From the NCBI RefSeq assembly GCF_964355755.1, contig NC_092672.1:1860001-1924000 (forward strand): a stretch of DNA of 64,000 bases. The letters run 5' to 3'. Below are positions 30,119 to 44,800 of the stretch, in pieces (the first letter of the stretch is position 1; every line of letters begins with the position of its first letter). The DNA comes from Antedon mediterranea (taxonomy: Eukaryota > Animalia > Echinodermata). Position numbers and translations under genes: made by a program. The notes under the pieces are model-generated. The model was not told where the DNA came from, did no database searches, and worked only from the letters and a program-made list of their open reading frames with translations.

Positions 30119-32078
30119 TTTTTTTTTTCAAAAATGGCCAAAATATAGACTTTTTAAAATTCAATTATTATGCAATAATATTGCCATATATGCACATATA
30201 TTGCGTTATCATCATCTTATAGAGTCATAGTAACCAGTTATGTAAAAAATTAAAAGGATCGAAATTTTGTCATTTTTCGAAAATTTTCCTGTACTTTTGC
30301 CATTTTTTTACCCTATAGCACAATAAACATGCGCAGAGTCGAATAATGGCTTCTGCGCATGTCAACTATGCTATAGTAACCAGTTTTATCGAAAAATAAA
30401 AAGGTAGAAATTTGGTAGTTTTTGGAAGAACTCCCTGTACTATAGTACAGGGAAATTTTCGAAAAATGGCAATTTTTTTGACCCTTTTTGTTTTTTGACA
30501 TAAATGGTTACTATAGCACGATAAACATGCGCAGAGTCGAATAATGGGTTCTGCGCATGTCAACTATGCTATAGTAACCAGTTTTGTCAAAAAATAAAAA
30601 GGTCGAAATTTGGCCATTTTTTGAAAAAATCCAAATGGCAATTTTTTGACATAAATGGTTACTAGAGCACAATAAACATGCGCCGAGTCCAATAATAGCT
30701 TCTGCGCATGTCAACTATGCTATTGTATATTATAGTACAGGGAAATTTTTGAAAAATATCTATTTTTCGAACCTTTTATTTTTTTGACAAAAATGGTTAC
30801 TATAGCACAATAAACATGCGCAGAGTCGAATAATGGGTTCTGCGCATGCCAACTATGCTATAGTAACCAATTTTATCGAAAAATAAAAAGGTCGAAATTT
30901 GGTCGTTTTTGGAAGAAATCCCTATACTATAGTAACGGGAAATTTTCGAAAAATAGCCATTTTTCGACCCTTTTGTCTTTTGACATAAATGGTTACTATA
31001 GCACAATAAACATGCACAAAGTCGAATAATAGCTTCTGCGCATATCAACTATGCTATAGTATATTATAGTACAGGGAAATTTTAGAAAAATATCCATTTC
31101 TCGACCCTTTTATTTTTTTTACAAAAATGGTTACTATAGCACAATAAACATGCGCAGAGTCGAATAATGGGTTCTGCGCATGCCAACTATGCTATAGTAA
31201 CCAGTTTTATCGAAAAATAAAAAGGTCGAAATTTGGCCATTTTTGGAAAAAATCCTTGTACTATAGTACAGGGAAATTTTCGAAAAATTACCATTTTTCA
31301 ACTCTTTTATTTTTTGACATAAATGGAAGTAATCGCAGAGTTGAATAATGGGTTCTGCGCATGTCAACTATGCTATAGTAACCAGTTTTATTGAAAAATA
31401 AAAAGGTCGAAATTTGGCCATTTTTGGAAAAAATCCTTGTACTATAGTACAGGGAAATTTTCGAAAAATTACCATTTTTCAACTCTTTTATTTTTTGACA
31501 TAAATGGAAGTAATCGCAGAGTCGAATAATAGCTTCTGCGCATGTCAACTATGCTATAGTAACCAGTTTTATCGAAAAATAAAAAGGTAGAAATTTGGCC
31601 ATTTTTGGAAAAAAATCCCTGTACTATAGTACAGGGAAATTTTCAGAAACTGGCCATTGTTCGACCCTTTTATTTTTTTATATAAATGGTTACTATAGCA
31701 CAATAAACATGCGCAGAGTTGAATAATGGGTTCTGCGCATGTCAACTATGCTATAGTAACAAATTTTATCAAAAAATAAAAAGGTCTAAATTTGGCCATT
31801 TTTTCAAAAATGACCAAATTATCAACTTTTTAAAATTCAATTATTATGCAATAATATTGCCATATATGAACATATATTGCATTACCATCATCTTATAGAG
31901 TCATAGTGACCAGTTATGTTCAAATTTGGTCATTCTTTTAAAATTTCCCAGTAGTACAGAGATTTTTTCAAAAATGGCCAAAATATCTACTTTTTAAAAT
32001 TGAATTATTATGCAATAATATTGCCATATATGCACATATATTGTGTTATCATCATCTTATAGAGCCATAGTAAACAGT
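30119..32078. repeat. Complex tandem array of palindromic units
   Basis: About 9 copies of GGTTACTATAGCAC..CATGCGCAGA..TCTGCGCATG..TGCTATAGTAACC at 150-200 bp spacing; CCTGTACTATAGTACAGG spacer palindromes; a second ~120-bp unit at 30119, 31800 and 31964. Confidence 0.9.
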
Positions 32079-34547
32079 GAATTGTGTTAACTACAATCTA
32101 GCAAAAGAATAAGAGACCAATTTGTGTTTTTGCACTGTCAAGTTTCAGATTTAATATCGTTGTGACGTCCGCACAACATGTGACTGAACGTTTTTGTCTT
32201 TACAAATAGTGTTTGTCTTTTATTATTCAATTTTATCTTATTTCACACACCGAATCAATGAGTATTAAATTAATCATATTCCATCATTAGAAACAAAAAA
32301 CAAACAAAAATGGAGAAACAAGCAAAAAAATAAAACATATCAAGGCGAGAGAATCGATCCTTGAGACCAAAGATGTAGCAACTGTAAAATTCAGGAGGCT
32401 ACAAAATGAAATTAATAAAATGTCTGCTTTTTACAATCAGCAACTTAGATTGGAATATTGATAACTTTAAAATACTCATCCATTATAACAATAATCATAA
32501 TTATATCGACAAATTAATTATAAATCAATAATATCGATTAATCAATAATATCGATTACAAACCGATTTACATAGGGTTATTACAACACATGCAGCAACCT
32601 TATTGGTTGCTATAGCAACCGGAAAGTGCTTAAATGTTAATGTACAATTATTGGATGATTACATGATTGTTGACATCGAAATTATTAAACAAAACAACTT
32701 TAGAAAATGTTGCACACTCAAAACAATCCGATATTTTATCACAATTTTTTTTGCCAAATTAAAGAAATAAATTACAAGGGTCTTACGCTACTGTTGTTAT
32801 TGTTTGTTTGTATCGATTGTTCCAATTTTAGACCAATTTTACCGCTGATTGGATCAAACAATTTTATATCTACTTTAGAAACTTCACTACAACCGTCGTG
32901 ATAGTTTTTTTCTTTTACATTTCAGTAGCAAAATACACAATTGAGCCTCTGCATATATGCACACAGGCCCACTATACAGGTTGGTCCAATTTAGGCTCAA
33001 GAGCTTGCGCCCTCAAACAAGGTCCTTTGTGTTTTTTTAATTTACACTAGGCCTACGCTCTGTAAACATTGTCACAGTGATTTGCATCGTTTCGCCACCT
33101 AAATTATTGCTATATTATAAACGCATAAAATTTGATGTTTTTTACACTAAAATTGTGGGTAGACAATCACAGTGGATGCGACAATGTTTACACAGTACAA
33201 TGTGTCTAAACTTATTCTGATGATTGCTTTGGTATCCTCACTGTCAGACCATATCGTTAAAATTAAACCAATTTATCAGGGAGTAAATTCTGGACAAATT
33301 CATAAATTCATCAAAATTTTCAATCAACTAATATTTTTTTCTCTTACAATATATTTAATTTCAAATTTAAGTTTTATATTTGAAATAAACAAAATTTTAG
33401 TATTAAATCTAATATAAAACTTAAATTTCAATCTAACCAATAAATTTCAATCAAAAGTCTTGATTTCAATCAATTAGACTAAACTTACAATCCCAGTTTC
33501 ACTCCAATTTGATAAAGAGATTAATTTTAAAGATTTTAGAACCATTTTAAAGCACATTTGTTTTGATCTGACAGTAACAGGACGTTGTCCCAAACGCTAA
33601 TCTCATTGGCTACGTTAAATTACTACGGTTTCTTCGATCTTAACAATCCTAAAGTTAACTCAAACCTAAAAACTGATTAGAAATATAATTCAGTCCAACA
33701 ATACATAGCGCCCTCACGGTTTAATGAAGACATAAAAACTGCACTCTTATGTACAAGGTAAAATATGACGATGTCTTATTATAATTTATGCATAATTCAG
33801 TTATCACCCCGTTATCCCCATCATAAAATCATCTTATTTTAAGTTCTAATAATTCTAAATCAATTAATGTTTTAAAACAACTATAATCCCACAAAATAAA
33901 AAAGATACATTGAGTAAATAGCATTTTTTTTCACTTCATACAACGGGTTAAAATGTCCAACAAATTCAATTTATTTTATTTACATACATAGCTTTAAAAC
34001 AATGTGTTCCCAATGTAAAAAATCTCTAACAACAACATCTAGTTTTGTGGGTTTTTACCAAGTTAAAATATCTGTTTTAAAAGAGGTTTTATTTCAAAAT
34101 AATCTGTTTAACTCTTTACAACTAGTTGTAAACTGTATCAAAGTAACGCTGCTTAGAGGTTGTATAGAGTAGCCACTTTGGCGACTCAACACATCCTCTG
34201 TACCTACTAAGAGTACTGACCACTGTTACAAAACCTCCCTGATTTAATTCCATTTCACATGTAATCGTTTCATCCAAAGATTTTAAAGTAATGAACAAGT
34301 TCTAACACTAATTGTTCGATACCATGGATAACTAATTAGGCACGGTTTTCGTGCCAAAACAAGCACCATTGAAAATGGGTATTTACGTGTGACCCACTTG
34401 TCAAGATATTAAGTTACTACATAAAAATATCATTGGGTACATTACTACAGAATACTGTACAAAGTCACATTTGAATTGTCAAGGTAAGTAGTACGTGTCT
34501 CAATATACAGCAGTAACATACACACTGTATATTAAGACACATTGAAT

Positions 34548-34772
34548 CAGAGGTTCTCAACAGTTGGGCCAGATTGTAATTTACTATTTATTTTGTGGGC
34601 TTGATAATGTCGCAAGGTTGGGTCAAAGCCCCCATACTTTAGGAGGTGGGGGTCCAAGGGCCGAAGCACCTGCAAGCTCACAGAATTTTAAAACCACTGC
34701 TTCTATAATTTTTTAACGGCTATTCGTGAACCAAATGAAATTGACACAAGGGCCATCTGTTGAGAACTCCAG
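34548..34772. mobile_element. hAT-like MITE
   Basis: Imperfect TIR CAGAGGTTCTCAACAG.TGG / CCATCTGTTGAGAACTCCAG; TSD not clear. Confidence 0.55.
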
Positions 34773-37700
34773 CGTTAAGCTCTGTCCACACTATAAAAAA
34801 AATGTGATGTGCCCATACATGGACATGATGTCATACCACTACCATATTTGGACACATCACACTTTTTTTGTCAAACTAGTTTGATAGTGTAAACAGAGCT
34901 TTCAATATATAAAAAAGGGTTTACAACAGCGATACAAATATCATGCTGGGTTCACACTGCGCCATGCCATGTCCAACCACAAGAAGTAAATATAAAAATA
35001 CATCAAATTGTTGTTATACAGTAAGAAAAAAACATATGAGCTGTCCTTAATATGTTGACCACTTGAATAGTCCGAGGGTTTGACCGCTCAAATAAAAGTT
35101 TGAGTTATTTATCTAATCTACAATATAACCGAGTGTCAATTTTGTTAATTACTAAATCCCAAAATGTTTCTAAAAAAAATCTTTATATCTTCTACTATAA
35201 AAGTGGAAAATGTTTATCCAATACTTTTCATATTGTTTTTGCGAATATAATGGTATAAATAGTTGAAACGCAACATATAGTTTCGCTCAATCTGTATTTT
35301 AACTGCAATTTTAGCAACGATAGTACGCACACGAATAAATAAGGTACAAACGGGATTGTTAGCATAAACAATTTCAACTTTTACAGTAGTACAATTGATA
35401 TTGTCTAACTGAGCAGATAGCATTCAAACAGACGACGATGATGATAATGATGAATATCAACAATTTATTAACAACTTCCTAATTGGATTTTTTTTGCACA
35501 TAATTTATAAAATCTTCAATTTATCATGATTGTACTAGAGTGCGAGTTGAGAGTTTTACTATTATGTATTTGAGTTTCAAACAATAATCATAGTGGAGGT
35601 CAAAGTTTGAATGCTATCAACCGTGAACGACGAGTAATACGCTAAACCTTAATCTACGTCCTTAATACCATTACCAGAATCCTACAAACTACGTGATTAG
35701 CATGACAGTGGGAGCCGACCTACTCATGCGGATCTAATAGACAAAGCAACACAAGCTAGCTACGTAACAAGCATTTGATCAAAATTTATATTAAATTTAA
35801 TTTAAAATTAAACAAAAAAAAATATTTATCATACTCCCATTAATTTATCATAGGGTTAAAATTACTTAATTAAAATAAAAATGTAAATACATTATTTAAA
35901 TCACTACAATGATGGGATAGTTATCTTTACATTTCATTTACATTAATTTGCAACATATTGAAATTACTTATTTACATCAATAATTTGAAAACAAAAACAA
36001 AAAAAAGGGTAAATAGACATCATTGCATTTATTAGTCTACAGTATCCAGACTGATATTTGATTTGAGTGAAATTATGTGTCTGGATAGATAGACTATCAT
36101 TCTGTATATACAATAATTATTATTAAACGGCGGCTGAATCGATTTCCATTTTTAGTGAAAAATCATTCGTAAGAATTTCGCCCAAATACATTTTATTTTA
36201 TATTTCTTTGGCAATTTCATATATCTTACCTATTACAGGCAAGACAATTGATCTTCTATCTAAGTGAACACTGTTTTTGCACTGACTAGTTCTAGCACTT
36301 TTTCTATATTTAGTATCATTACTTGACTGTTCTTTGCTCATTTCCAATTTGATGTACTTCACTTTAATAATCAATCTTTCTTCCTCAAAGATACAAATAC
36401 TAAGAGATCATGTCGAGATTATTCTACTGCAGTAACTGCAGTACAATAATGTTGAAATCATCCCTAAATAAAGGAATATTTACTATTCTAAACAAACTAT
36501 TAACCTAGTTCTTTAAAAAACATTTAAAGATTGTATAGTAAACCAACAACATAGAGCAAAATACATAAAATAATTTACATAAATACAGCATGAGTTTGTT
36601 AGCGATAAAAACAAAATGTGTTTCAAAAGAAATATAATGTTTACATAAACAATGTAGCGTATATCTTTATGCTTCGTCCAGAATTAAATAAGTACAGGGT
36701 CAAAGGTCATGTGTATTGCAAAGTAACTTTTCCTCTTCAACATCTAATTACTACAAACTAAGTTTTTTTAAATAGACTTGTTTCTCTTTTCTTTGGAATC
36801 CAGTCGACACCAACGGATAATAAATAAAATAAATTGTTCAAAGTATACAATACTTCCAATATTTATATTATATAATTATGATATATCATTAAAATAACTT
36901 AAACTACATGACAATGCTAAAAGCGATTAAAATTGTGCAAAGAAAAAGAAAGAAATCTACTTAATTAATACTAATTAAAATTCTAAAACTACGAGTGAGA
37001 AATTAGTTATTAAAAATGTCACCTTAAGATGTCTTTATATATAACTTAACTGGAACCGACATAATACAATAGAGAAAAGTCTTGCTTAAGTTGAAATTAA
37101 ATAAAGTTATACGAAAATACACTCCAAAACACCGACAAATTGACCACCATCGTGGCGCCAACACGTAGTACCTATATCTACATGTGCGGGAGAAACTACA
37201 GGAACGAAACACACCGTTTTATTGATTGGGATTTTTACTGCACAATCACAATTTTGGCAAACACCCCGATATTAAAATAAAAAATAACCAAAAGAGGAAC
37301 GTATTCGTATACAACAAACATCAACTCTCAGTTTCCAGAATAAAATATACAATAAATTAAGTGCACGTCAACATTCAGTGCCTATATGCATATTTTACGG
37401 TGCGACGTGACGTTACGCATCACTGCTCTGTATATTGCCTTAATACTTGTGTTTTTATCATCTTATGTGTTTGAAATTTGTTTCTTCAAACATTGTAAAT
37501 ATATTTGAAATCTCCGTAGACAATAAATTCTATTTCCCTGAATTGCCTCAATGTTATATCCTTTGGCATGATGGAGACACGAATGATGGCGCTGCTCCAA
37601 GTTTACAAATGCACCTTTGCCGTTCCATACTTTTTGTCCTTTCATCCTAGTACAGTAATACTTTCTTTACATTCCTGATAAGTAACTTGTGTTAGCCCCA

Positions 37701-37960
37701 CCATTGATGCTCTATTAAAAAATACAGAAATAGAACGCAAAGAAAAAAAACGTTTAGCTTTCATTAATTGAACAAATGCAAAATCTCTCCAAATGTTTTA
37801 ATTAACAATCCTTCTAATAATAGATTATTAAAGAATATTGTATATAATAAACATATTATCTATATAGCACTTTCTTTAATCAGATAGTGAATCTAAGGAA
37901 GTTTTCTATAATTAGAGTTGATTGACTTAGATAAGTTGCAACCACTATCCGCTGGGTTAA

Positions 37961-38164
37961 AGCCTAATTTCCTGTCGACGTTAGTCGACGCTATCGTTAA
38001 CAATAATCGGCGATCTTATACGTAAACATTGAAATGTTAACGATTTACAGGAAAAGGTACTCGCTATCGTTATCATTTCAACTTCATCATTTTCAAACGA
38101 TCGTCGTTGAACTGTTAACGATCAACAATGATAGAGTAGAATAACGTCGACAGGAAAACAGGCT
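37961..38164. mobile_element. Harbinger-like MITE
   Basis: TIR AGCCT..TTTCCTGTCGACGTTA / TAACGTCGACAGGAAA..AGGCT, TAA-flanked. Confidence 0.7.
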
Positions 38165-38817
38165 TAAGTTGTAAGAGGTATGGGCAAACAACACAAAACC
38201 CATAACCATTTTTCAAAAGCTGTCTGCACGCCACACAAACGCGCACCAATTGTTTTCTTTGTTCTGCTGCCTGATGTTAGTTGGGACAAATTCAATGATT
38301 ATTATATATATATATATATATAATCAAATGATGTTAAAATTCTCCTGAAAAGCTTTTGTTAAAGAGATGAGCAGATGAAGGGTCATTTTAATATCATAAT
38401 GTTCGTAAATTTTCATAAAAAAGCTTGCAAATTTGCCTTATTTTCATAAAATTGCTACTTTCAAGTACAAAACCTTCGCTTTCATATATTTAAGAAACAT
38501 ATTTTACATTATAATATAGATTATATAGTATTTTAAATTTGTGTTTCTGTTCAATGCATTTTTAAGTACTTCTGTACAGTACATCTGTTTGTGAATACAA
38601 CGTTTTTAGCCATAAAGGCTACTTGTTGTATTTTTTATACCTTCATAAATAAAAAAATTGTCTTGGAACAAATAAAGGGATATTTGATTTGATCTTTTTT
38701 ATTTGAACACTCGTTTGACTCGGATATACAGTAGCAATTTTAAGAAAATCGGGAATTAAATTATTAGAGAAACAAAGTGCGGTCATACTACCTCCAGACG
38801 TTGTCAGCTGATCATGT

Positions 38818-41800
38818 TTATTGTATGTAACCATTCGGAAAGGACGTAATCAGAGTGCCCTGGAAATTAGATGCAATGGCAGCAAGAAAAGAGAAAGAGA
38901 GAGAATGATAAATTAAAATGATGATTATTTTACTCTCACAACGATGATGAGGAGGAGGAGAAGGAGATGGTAATAAGCGACTTCGATTACTCCAGAGGGC
39001 GCCATATTTCAAAGGTCAATCAGGACAAAAAAGTTCCATCTAGGCTAGCGCGATGATGTTTCAAGGTAGCCTAGATGTATTAACTTTTTTGTCCCGATTG
39101 ACCTTTTAAATATGGCGCCCTCTAGAGTTATCAAAGTCGCTTATTGTGAAGCACAAAATGCATGCATTCTTGTGAAATAAAGCAGATATCTGCTGCCAAC
39201 AGTCAGAATAAATGCCAGGATATATAAAAGGCATATTTATATATAAAAAACAAAATGTTATATATATGCAGTATACACATGTTCTAGTGTACAGAACCTA
39301 TATAGTTACACACGGCAACCAAATGGTATGGCCAGAATAAAATATAAAAACGTTTCTTTGATAAATAATCTTTAGCACATTTTTTTTTCAAGCCACTGTT
39401 AGCAAAAAACACTTTATACTTTCAATATACAAAATATATAAAAAATAGTCTACCAATCAAAAACAATTAAACACACCATGTGATCACTTTGCACAGTTGT
39501 TCCGTTAGTAGGATTTGTTCATTCTTTGGTATTGGCTATAAACTAAAGTGTATTATTTGGGTGCATTTGATTGGATATTTGCAAGGAAAGGGGGTCTACA
39601 AGACTGGGATAAAACAGCCATACCTAACATTGTATGCAAATTTAACACATACAAAAAACAACAATGCATGGTGGCTATCAACGCAAACAACGCATAGTGA
39701 AATCTACTAGGAACAATTGTGCTACTAGTTAGTCAACTCCGCTATAATCTAATGAACAAAATGCTAATATATCAATTGTTAAGATGTGTATAATAAAAAG
39801 ATAATAATAATATCTATATAATGTTAATATACTGATAATATACAGCAGGGAAAACCACAATAAACCACAGATGTAAACTGCGTACCTTCTGCGTGGTTGG
39901 TACGTCAAATGAAATGCAAGGGAATCGGAGTAAAAGAAAGAAAAAGAAAATACAATAACTGCCAGTTAATTTTACTTTAAAAATAATTTTAAAAACTATA
40001 TTTTATAATTATATTTAACAGCAAATCATGACACGTCTTTCAATGTAATTTGTCCTAATTCTCAAAACATTAATTAATTTTTAATTTCTGTCATATAATA
40101 TTATATTTAAACAAATTAATTATTCAGAAAATGCAATAAAGTTCAGCTTTCTTGTTATTTGCCTCCAACTCACGTAGAAAGAAAGATTTTTGTTGTTTCT
40201 CTTAAAAGTCAATTATCAGATAAAGTGTGATGTGCCCAAATATGGTGGTGATTAATATTCCCAAATATGGTGGTGATATGACATCATCATGTCCATATAT
40301 GGGCACATCACATTTTTTTGTCACATAAAGTTTGATAGTGTAGACAGAGCTTAACAGAAGAAAAACGAACTAGAAATACATTCTTTGAAAAATTGTATAA
40401 CATTTTTTTTCAATTAATTTTTTTTTATCTTTTAGCATCTTAATATGTTTAATACACAATTAAATGAATTAGAAAATTTTCTTTGTCAATGTTAAATAGC
40501 ATTATTCAGCTGTGCTGAGTACTCACTTACAACATACATACTGTCGCCTTACAATTTGCTGCATAAAACCATTACATTCCTCATTACTAATATCGTTCAA
40601 CCCAACTAACAATTTGTAATTTTCATTTTCAAATTTTCTCACAACAGTTGTCAGATTTTGTAAAAATATTTTTGGATGTTTGTCAAATCTGTTTTGCGAT
40701 CTAACTGAGGTTTGATTGGCTAATTCACTCGGCGACGGTGTGACTAGTGATGTAAGTGTTTTCAAAAACCGTGATTCATTTAATATAAAAGAATTTCACA
40801 TAGGTGTGCTTTTAGCAAAAGCATTTTCATAATTGACCACAAGTTTGCTTTGAAAAATGTCTTGGCTATAAAAATGTGACAATTTCAATGATTTTTACCG
40901 ATTAACAAATGATGACTGGATTCAAGAAACACTTTAGTAAGCATATTTTGCATTTTAGAAGATTTTTTTTCCAAATAAATAAAGATATGTTCCGAAAAAT
41001 CATGTAAAATTTACAGTTATACAATTATTTCACCCAAAAAAGTTTACAATAATGTGAGTGAATTACATTAAAATAAGATGATTGTTCTCTTCTATCAATA
41101 TTATGCTTTTGTTTTTTCTATTTCTTTTATTTCCAATTTTGTTTCATTTTCAAGGAACTGAACTCACTTAACATTTTGTTTTTCTTTATCTTCAAATTAA
41201 CTTTAACTCAAAAATTTGTCTAAATTATTTATTATAAATTTATAATTATCTATAAGTCTGTTAACATATTTAAAAAAAGTTGTTTTACAGTTAATAATTA
41301 ATAAAAATCAAGCAATAATTTATGCCTTTGTTATAGGAAATATGCATACAAAAAAGTGTGGCAATAAAATAGTGCATTAAAATTATGGTATTCTTACCTG
41401 TCCCATGTCTAGGCCAAAAGATGATGGCTGAGGACTAGGTGCGAGTTGGAACCGTCCCCCTAGGATACTGTCTTGTGCTGTTGAGCTAGCGTATATATCA
41501 TTTGGGCCTGGGCTACTGGTTGCCCCAAACCCACGCCCGCTGAGAGGAGAGGGTGATTGAGCGAAACCTGCCGGTGCATAGCTGTTCATCACTAAAAGAA
41601 TAAAATGTTACATTAGTTTGTTGCACAAACAAATTGAAAGGCCTAAAAATAAAAAATAAAATTATTTTAAAAATGGAGAAAAATAAAATAAGGTCATAAA
41701 TATGGCAACATAGAAAAGTAAAATTTTTTATATTCACGGTAGAAAAAGTAGTCTAAATAAGAAACTGAAATTAATAATAAAAAATAAAAATATAATCTAT

Positions 41801-44800
41801 TATTAAGCAATAGGAAAGTCTTCATAATAACAAGTATATCAATGATTATTGTTAAAACAAACAGCACAAGTTAACAATCCAATCTCATAAATGCAATTTG
41901 TTAATTCAAAAAGCGTGCAACTAATACATGCAACAGAGGAGGTAATCTTATTTGCGGATCGTTTTTTTTTTTTGTGTTTGAGTCAGGGATTCAAATGAAA
42001 AATTTGTTGGCCTTAATTGACCAAATATGGCAACCAATGTTGAGGCCAAAAGTTAGTTAGAGATATACTACCACAGACATTTTCATACAATAAACAATTT
42101 GCAGAAAATATTTTTATAGACAAGGCAACACCACCTAGATTTAAAATAAGCATGAATTCCAAATTAACGTTGCATTTGTTGTGGCAATATATCTTTTTTT
42201 GAATTTTTTAAAAACAATTTTAAAAGTGGGCTTAGAAGAGTAGGCAAAGTTGTATTTTATCTAAATTGTACACGCCTTTTCTCGTTTTTGACGACAGCAA
42301 AAATGTAGGCTATAAGGATTGATACACGTACCCTGATGATGATGGTAGTCCCTCCCTAACTCGTGCAGTAGTGCAGTGCCAGCATCTGTACGCTGAATTG
42401 TAGCCGTACGCTGGGCTGGCCCGGCTGTGCCGTAATCGGGCAGGGAATACGGTAGTGCTCCAGGCCGACGATCAGTCGTGGTTTGCGTAACACCGGCCGG
42501 TAATACGTAGCTACCAGGTGGGTAGGATGCGAAGCCTATGTATTAAACAATACAACAACTTTGATAATGATTTTGATATCAATTTTATAACCTGGTAATT
42601 AAACATTATATTGTAATAATTACAAATGCTTTGTTTGTAATTTCAAGTTTTTTTTTTATAACTATATGAAAAAGATTGTCTACTAATAGTAGTTGACACA
42701 TTTAATTTAAAATAATAAGATTTAAATTGAATTTTTATAACAATTTCCTTAATGACCAGTTTGAAGGTCAACGAACTGTAGTATATAAATAGATAATAAA
42801 ATCAACCAAGTTTGCAAGAACTATATTGAAATTTAATTTTGACGAAGCAATCCACAAAACATTTTTTTTTACGAGAATAAAATGGTTAGTTTAATATTTT
42901 TAATATCCAAAAGCACATCAAATGTATTAATATAAATATGATATAAATATTACAAAAATAATGTTATGATATATTCAGTATATAATATAACGTAGTACAT
43001 ACATCTAGTGTCATTAGGTGTGATAGAGGGATGTAAAAGGAATGATGATTGGATGATTGGAATAGGCATAGAAAGGAAATGGAACTGATCAACAGCTAAA
43101 GAGAGAGGAATTATGCAAGAAATTTCATCCAATCCAATTTTAGCCAAATATGATTCCTAAATATTGTCCCAATTCGCCTCCCATACATTTGTGTTTGTGA
43201 CACCAAACATCACCAAAATATAATGCTGCCACCACTGGTTCTACTCTACTAATGCTTTCAAGCTAATTCACATGTATGCATAATATCGAATATGCAGACC
43301 ATTATGCGAATATGTAAACCATCTATATAAATGTAATACTCATACTATTCTATTGTAAAATATTAATAAAAGGGATATTTTACTTTGAAACGAGGGGAAA
43401 ATAATATATGTTTTAACACTACAGCCAACCCCTATTTAGGAAACACCCCTATTAAAGAGACACTTTGTTGGGTCCCAAAGATGTCCCCTTAATAAGGGTT
43501 CTACCATATAACAAACCTCCATTCCACTTTAACTACGGTATTTATAAAACATTTATTTAAACCAAATGTTTATGACTGTGTAAATGTCAATTTGTGCTAA
43601 GTGATTTTATTAAACTTTAAATACCTTTAAAGCCAAAGTGATTTTCAATTTTTAATAAAATTCTTCAAAAGTATTCACGTGCACATTTGCTAAAGTCGGA
43701 CTTCCGAAACATTTCCATTTTATTAGAATATCGGATGACAACAGTAAGTTACATATTATCTTGCATTGCACCCATTTATATTACGCAAAAATGACGAATG
43801 TTTCTGTAATGTTGTTCATATTAACATGTCATTTTTTAACACATTCAATGTCATCTGTAGCATCTCTTAGTTACATATTATGACATTCTTTTGATACATA
43901 ATACACAAATATAAGTTAATGTTTATTTATAGGATTATTAAATATGCAAGTATTAAAATAACAAATCTTAAAATAATTTAAACATATTATAGAAATAGAT
44001 ATGTTTTAAATAATCAGTGTAAAAAGAAAGGTAATATTATAGCTGATAAAAATAAAGCAGAAAATTGATTTTAAAAAGGTTAATAAAATTGTTATAGTAA
44101 AAGTATTTAGTTTATAAAATAATGAAGATTAAAAATTAATTTAATATGATGAAATGTCGATACATTTATGTAACCAATAAATATGGTTTTTTTTACTAAA
44201 CGAACAAATAAAGGCTTTGCAAAAAGGTTTTTAATTTTATGTTTTTCTGCAAAGAGAGAATTACAATTATTTAACGAGTGTTTAGATTTGCAATCCAATT
44301 GTATATAATACATAACAATCTCATTACACAGTTAATTTTCCTACTTGTCTCAAACTACACCTAAAGCTCAATTTTACTTTCGCCCAAAGCAAAAAAAAAA
44401 GAAGAAGGTTGACAATAATGCTGTGAAAACAAGAAATCATGAGTTTTGTGACAGGACTTAAAGCTATTTTTATTACGTTCTGCAAATGATTTTGTACATG
44501 ATATGCTGCATCCAATCTGCATTCCAGCAGCATCACAAAAACTAAGGTCGTATAATAAAGTCGTCAGAAATGAGCTGAATTACGATGTTGGGTCACTCTC
44601 AGCGTGTACGGACAAATTTATTGATCGATATTGTGTTCATATAGATGACTCATCTAAACTACTTAAAGTGGTTCGCAAGCTTTTTCGATCGTCATCGGTA
44701 ATTGAGTTTGCCAATGTTCACATTCTACAGTTTGGCTAATTTACCATCGTGTAATAATCTTTTATTTAACATAGTATATAATTATTCCGAGGAAAAACTG

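Noticed and set aside
30313-31548. Repeated short ORFs (MTCAE...) and a CRISPR-like look
   Set aside because: Products of the tandem array; the spacers are homologous to each other.
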